From: an uncultured Chloroflexia bacterium
GTDB lineage: Bacteria; Chloroflexota; Limnocylindria; Limnocylindrales; CSP1-4
Reading direction: 5' to 3'
Length of the DNA stretch: 64,000 nucleotides
Assembly (NCBI GenBank): GCA_963788235.1
Contig: CAWBFV010000004.1
Span: 89,030 to 153,029 of the forward strand
The stretch's first letter is position 1. Every line of letters begins with the position of its first letter. A program made the position numbers and the translations under genes. Of this stretch, positions 60,972 to 64,000 are shown in pieces. The notes below the pieces were generated by a model. That model saw only the letters and a list, made by a program, of their open reading frames with translations. It ran no database searches and was not told the origin of the DNA.

Positions 60972-61811
60972 GTGTCGGCGACCCAGATCGCGCAGAACCT
61001 CGCCTTCATCAATTGGACGGTGCTGACCGGCCTCGCCTTCGGCACGTATGCGGCACTCATCCTGCTCCGCCGGCGCTCGACGGCGACGGGCGGCTACCTC
61101 GGGTTCGCGACGGTCTGCGCCATCGGCTTCGGGATCCTCGCCTGGCTGAGTGACGGCGCCCTGCCGGCTTCGCAGGGCGCGTCGGCGATCGCGCTCGACC
61201 CCTCCTTCGACATGCCGCGCCGCCTCGGACTCGCGGCGTTCTGCGTCCTGGCCGTCGCCGGTCTCGTCGTGCGTCGCGTCCGCCCGGCTGCCGCCCCCGT
61301 CGTGGAGGCCGGTGCGCTCGGCGCAGCGGCGGTCACGCTGGTGGCCGGGGCGCTCGGCTGGGGCGGCGGCGCAGTGGGTGCCGCGGCGCTCCTCGTCGAG
61401 CTCGCGGTGCTGTTCGCGGCGACCGGCGGCGTGTTCGCGGCGATGATCCTCGGGCACTGGTATCTCGTGACGCCGAAGCTCCCCGAGGCCCCGCTGATCC
61501 TGCTGGCACGGGTGCTGTTCGCGGTCATCGGGATCCAGGTCGTGCTGTTCGTGGCCTGGATCGCGACCGGTGCCGGCCCGGCACGTGGCGCACCGTTCAG
61601 CGCCCTCAGCGGTCCGTGGGCCCTGTTCGTCTGGCTTCGCCTGATCGTCGGGCTGCTGTTCCCGCTGATCGTCTCGTGGTTGGCGATCCAGACGGCACGG
61701 ACGCGGTCGATGGAGTCGGCGACCGGGCTCCTGTACATCAACGTCGGCACGATCGCGGCCGGCACGATCCTGGCTGCCGGGCTGTACTTCGGCGCCGGAC
61801 TGCTCGTTTGA
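60972..61811 (+). CDS. Hypothetical polytopic membrane protein
   Basis: ORF 60795..61811, probable GTG start at 60972. About 8 hydrophobic helices. No family recognised. Confidence 0.45.
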   Translation: MSATQIAQNLAFINWTVLTGLAFGTYAALILLRRRSTATGGYLGFATVCAIGFGILAWLSDGALPASQGASAIALDPSFDMPRRLGLAAFCVLAVAGLVVRRVRPAAAPVVEAGALGAAAVTLVAGALGWGGGAVGAAALLVELAVLFAATGGVFAAMILGHWYLVTPKLPEAPLILLARVLFAVIGIQVVLFVAWIATGAGPARGAPFSALSGPWALFVWLRLIVGLLFPLIVSWLAIQTARTRSMESATGLLYINVGTIAAGTILAAGLYFGAGLLV

Positions 61812-61839
61812 CCCGCACGCACGGAGGGACACGACACCG

Positions 61840-62508
61840 ATGAAGGGCGACCGCGGCTGGATCCCCGGCGAAGCCGACCTCGACTGGATCGAATCGATCG
61901 CCCGGCCGCTCTCGAGGGCCGAGGAGGCGATCGAGGCAGCCGCCCGCGATCCGCGCGTCCCGATCGTCGACCGCGATGCCGGTCGGGTGCTGTCCGTGCT
62001 GGCCGGCGGGCGCCGGCGGATCGTCGAGGTCGGCACGGCGTACGGGTACTCGACCTTGTGGCTGGCGCTCGGGCAGCCGGCCGACGGCCACATCGTCACG
62101 ATCGATCCCGACCGTGAGCGGACCGACCTCGCCCGCGGCTGGTGGCGCGACGCCGGCATCGCCGACGAGCGCATCACGGTCCTCAACGCCAAGGCGCTCG
62201 AGGCGTTCGAGTCCGCGGATCCGGCCCTGGCTGGCCCGTTCGATCTCGCGTTCATCGACGCGCTCAAACCGGAGTACTGGGCCTACCTCGAGGCGCTGAC
62301 CGCCGGCCGCCTCGCCCCGGGTGCGTTGGTCCTCGCCGACAACGTGCTGTGGAGCGGTCGCGTCTCGGGCGCGCGACCGGCCGACGGCGAGGACGCGAAC
62401 ACCGCCGCGCTGCGCTCGTTCTCGGAGCGCGTGCTTGGCGACGAACGGTTCACCGCCACGATCCTGCCGGTCGGCGACGGGCTCCTCGCCGCGACCTGGC
62501 GCGGCTGA
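61840..62508 (+). CDS. Class I SAM-dependent O-methyltransferase (caffeoyl-CoA OMT-like, PF01596)
   Basis: RIVEVGTAYGYSTLWLA, FDLAFIDALKPEY, LVLADNVLWSGRV. Confidence 0.8.
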   Translation: MKGDRGWIPGEADLDWIESIARPLSRAEEAIEAAARDPRVPIVDRDAGRVLSVLAGGRRRIVEVGTAYGYSTLWLALGQPADGHIVTIDPDRERTDLARGWWRDAGIADERITVLNAKALEAFESADPALAGPFDLAFIDALKPEYWAYLEALTAGRLAPGALVLADNVLWSGRVSGARPADGEDANTAALRSFSERVLGDERFTATILPVGDGLLAATWRG

Positions 62509-62525
62509 GCCGCTTGGCTGCGGCG

Positions 62526-63284
62526 ATGCGGGTCCGTGTCCGGCTGTTCGCGATGCAGCGCGAGCTCGCCGGCACGCGCGAGCACGCGCTGGACCTCGCC
62601 GATGGAGCGACGGTGGCCGATGCCTGGGACGGGCTGGTCGCCGCGTTCCCGGTCCTCGCCCCGGGTCGCGAATCCGTCCGGTTCGCCCGGAACGGCGCCT
62701 ATGCCGACGCCGCCACGACGCTCGCCGAGGGCGACGAGGTGGCGATGATCCCGCCGGTCTCCGGGGGCTCGGCAGGCACCGGCGTCGAGTCGGCCCGGAT
62801 CCTCGAGTTACGGGCCGACCCGTTCGATACCGCGATCCTCGCCGAGCTGACCGATCGGCTGGCGACGCCCGAAGACGGAGCGGCGGTCGGCTTCCTCGGT
62901 CGGACGCGGGTCACGCCCGGGACGCCCGCCCCGGGACAGGAAGCTGCCGCGGAACGCCACGCCGGCCGGTCGGTCGAGTCGCTCGACTACGAGGCCCACG
63001 AATCGATGGCTCTCGCGGTGCTCGGCGAGATCGCCGACGAGATCGCCGCCCGCTTCGGGGTCGATCGTCTGGCGATCGTGCATCGGACCGGGGAGGTGCC
63101 GCTCGGCGAGGCCTCGGTGGCGGTCGTGGCGGTCAGCCCGCACCGTGACGCGGCGTTCGATGCCGCCCGCTACGCGATCGACGAGACCAAGGCGCGGGCA
63201 CCGATCTGGAAGGCCGAGCAATTCGTCGACGGGCACGTCTGGGTCGGCGAGACGGCACGCAGCGGACCACGGGAGGGATCGTGA
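62526..63284 (+). CDS. Molybdopterin synthase MoaD-MoaE fusion protein
   Basis: ATG 62526. N-terminal ThiS/MoaD fold ending ...DEVAMIPPVSGG, followed by a MoaE-like domain (LAIVHRTGEVPLGEASVAVVAVSPHRDAAFDAARYAIDETKARAPIWK). Confidence 0.75.
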   Translation: MRVRVRLFAMQRELAGTREHALDLADGATVADAWDGLVAAFPVLAPGRESVRFARNGAYADAATTLAEGDEVAMIPPVSGGSAGTGVESARILELRADPFDTAILAELTDRLATPEDGAAVGFLGRTRVTPGTPAPGQEAAAERHAGRSVESLDYEAHESMALAVLGEIADEIAARFGVDRLAIVHRTGEVPLGEASVAVVAVSPHRDAAFDAARYAIDETKARAPIWKAEQFVDGHVWVGETARSGPREGS

Positions 63285-64000
63285 GGGTCTACATCAGCGT
63301 CGACATGGAGGGGATCGCGGGCATCAACCACCCCGATCCCACCGACCCGGCCGACCGCCGATACCCGGTGTCGGTCGACCTGATGGTCGGCGAGACCAAC
63401 GCGGCGATCGAAGGCGCGCTGGCCGCCGGCGCGACCGACATCCTCGTCAACGACAGCCACTGGAACATGTACAACCTGCTGCCGGCCGACCTGCATCCGA
63501 AGGCGCGGGTGCTCCAGGGCCAGAAGGCCTGGTCGATGGTCGCCGGCGCCCAGCGAGGCGCCGACGGCAAACCCGCGTTCGATGTCGCGCTGTTCGTCGG
63601 CTATCACACGCGGGCGGGCCACCCGAAGGGCACGATCGCCCATACCTACTCCGGCTCTCCGGTCGAGACGCGGCTGGCCGGTCGGCCGACCGGCGAGTAC
63701 GGGATGAACGCGCTGGCGCTCGGTGCGTGGGGCATCCCGGTCGGGCTCGTGGCGGGCGACGACGCGCTGGCCGAGGAGGTCGAGGGCTGGCTCCCCTGGA
63801 CCGAGCGGGTCGTCGTCAAGACCATCGATGGCGGTCGAAGCGCGATCTCGCCACACCCGTCGGTCGCGCGCGATCGGGTCCGCGAGGGCGCCGAGCGGGC
63901 GGTGCGTCGCGCGGCGGCCGGCGAGCTCAAGACGCTCGACCTGGACCCGCCGATCGCGATCGAGGTCGATTTCTCGCGCGGCGTGATCGCCGACCACGCC
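63281..64000 (+). CDS. dppA: D-aminopeptidase DppA (peptidase M55), 3' end outside the window
   Basis: GTG 63281 overlaps the upstream stop (GTGA). The open frame runs to the window end. VRVYISVDMEGIAGI, ILVNDSHWNM, VGYHTRAG. Confidence 0.75.
   Translation, partial: MRVYISVDMEGIAGINHPDPTDPADRRYPVSVDLMVGETNAAIEGALAAGATDILVNDSHWNMYNLLPADLHPKARVLQGQKAWSMVAGAQRGADGKPAFDVALFVGYHTRAGHPKGTIAHTYSGSPVETRLAGRPTGEYGMNALALGAWGIPVGLVAGDDALAEEVEGWLPWTERVVVKTIDGGRSAISPHPSVARDRVREGAERAVRRAAAGELKTLDLDPPIAIEVDFSRGVIADHA

Noticed and set aside
1-64000. Mobile element or genomic island boundaries, tRNA/rRNA genes, and defence systems (RM, TA, CBASS and similar).
   Set aside because: I found no integrase, transposase, recombinase, tRNA-like T-arm, terminal repeats flanking the EPS island, or recognisable defence-gene motifs. 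Absence is by eye only; tRNAscan/Infernal and DefenseFinder/PADLOC would be decisive.

Overview
High-GC chromosomal segment (roughly 70% by eye, not computed). Gene content looks like an Actinomycetota-type or similar high-GC bacterium. I recognised no rRNA, tRNA, CRISPR, transposase or integrase.

Layout:
(i) 1-16 kb: two paralogous, convergently arranged efflux modules. Each is a CzcA/CusA-like RND permease A, a ~145-aa lipoprotein and an RND permease B. They flank a META/HslJ lipoprotein gene, and a NarL/LuxR-type two-component system lies upstream of module 2.
(ii) 18-27.8 kb: PPK2, aldehyde dehydrogenase, an APH-like kinase, a Wzx-type flippase, and an acyl-CoA dehydrogenase / ADP-forming acyl-CoA synthetase / enoyl-CoA hydratase cassette.
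(iii) 27.9-57.3 kb: a large exopolysaccharide (EPS) / cell-surface island. It holds Wzz-BY-kinase, GalE, GT4, GT2, a Wzy-like polymerase, a priming sugar transferase, UDP-glucose 6-dehydrogenase and a second epimerase. Interleaved with these are four paralogous secreted alginate-lyase-fold proteins, a repeat-rich surface protein of about 1,390 codons, Kelch/propeller proteins, and a tightly overlapping HprK-like kinase / P-loop kinase / ATP-grasp / NodB-deacetylase operon.
(iv) 57.6-64 kb: hypothetical membrane proteins, an MBL-fold hydrolase, an O-methyltransferase, a MoaD-MoaE fusion and DppA.

Most notable observations:
- A clear GEMM-I (c-di-GMP-I) riboswitch at ~31.52-31.60 kb in front of one lyase-fold gene.
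- A PelD-like degenerate-GGDEF membrane protein inside the sugar-activation operon.
- The uncharacterised kinase/ATP-grasp/deacetylase operon.
- An intergenic array of six palindromic TGCATC-N-GATGCA sites.
- At least 20 frame disruptions in otherwise well-conserved genes. Sequencing/assembly indels and pseudogenisation cannot be told apart from the sequence alone.

All homology calls come from motif recognition by eye; no searches were run.
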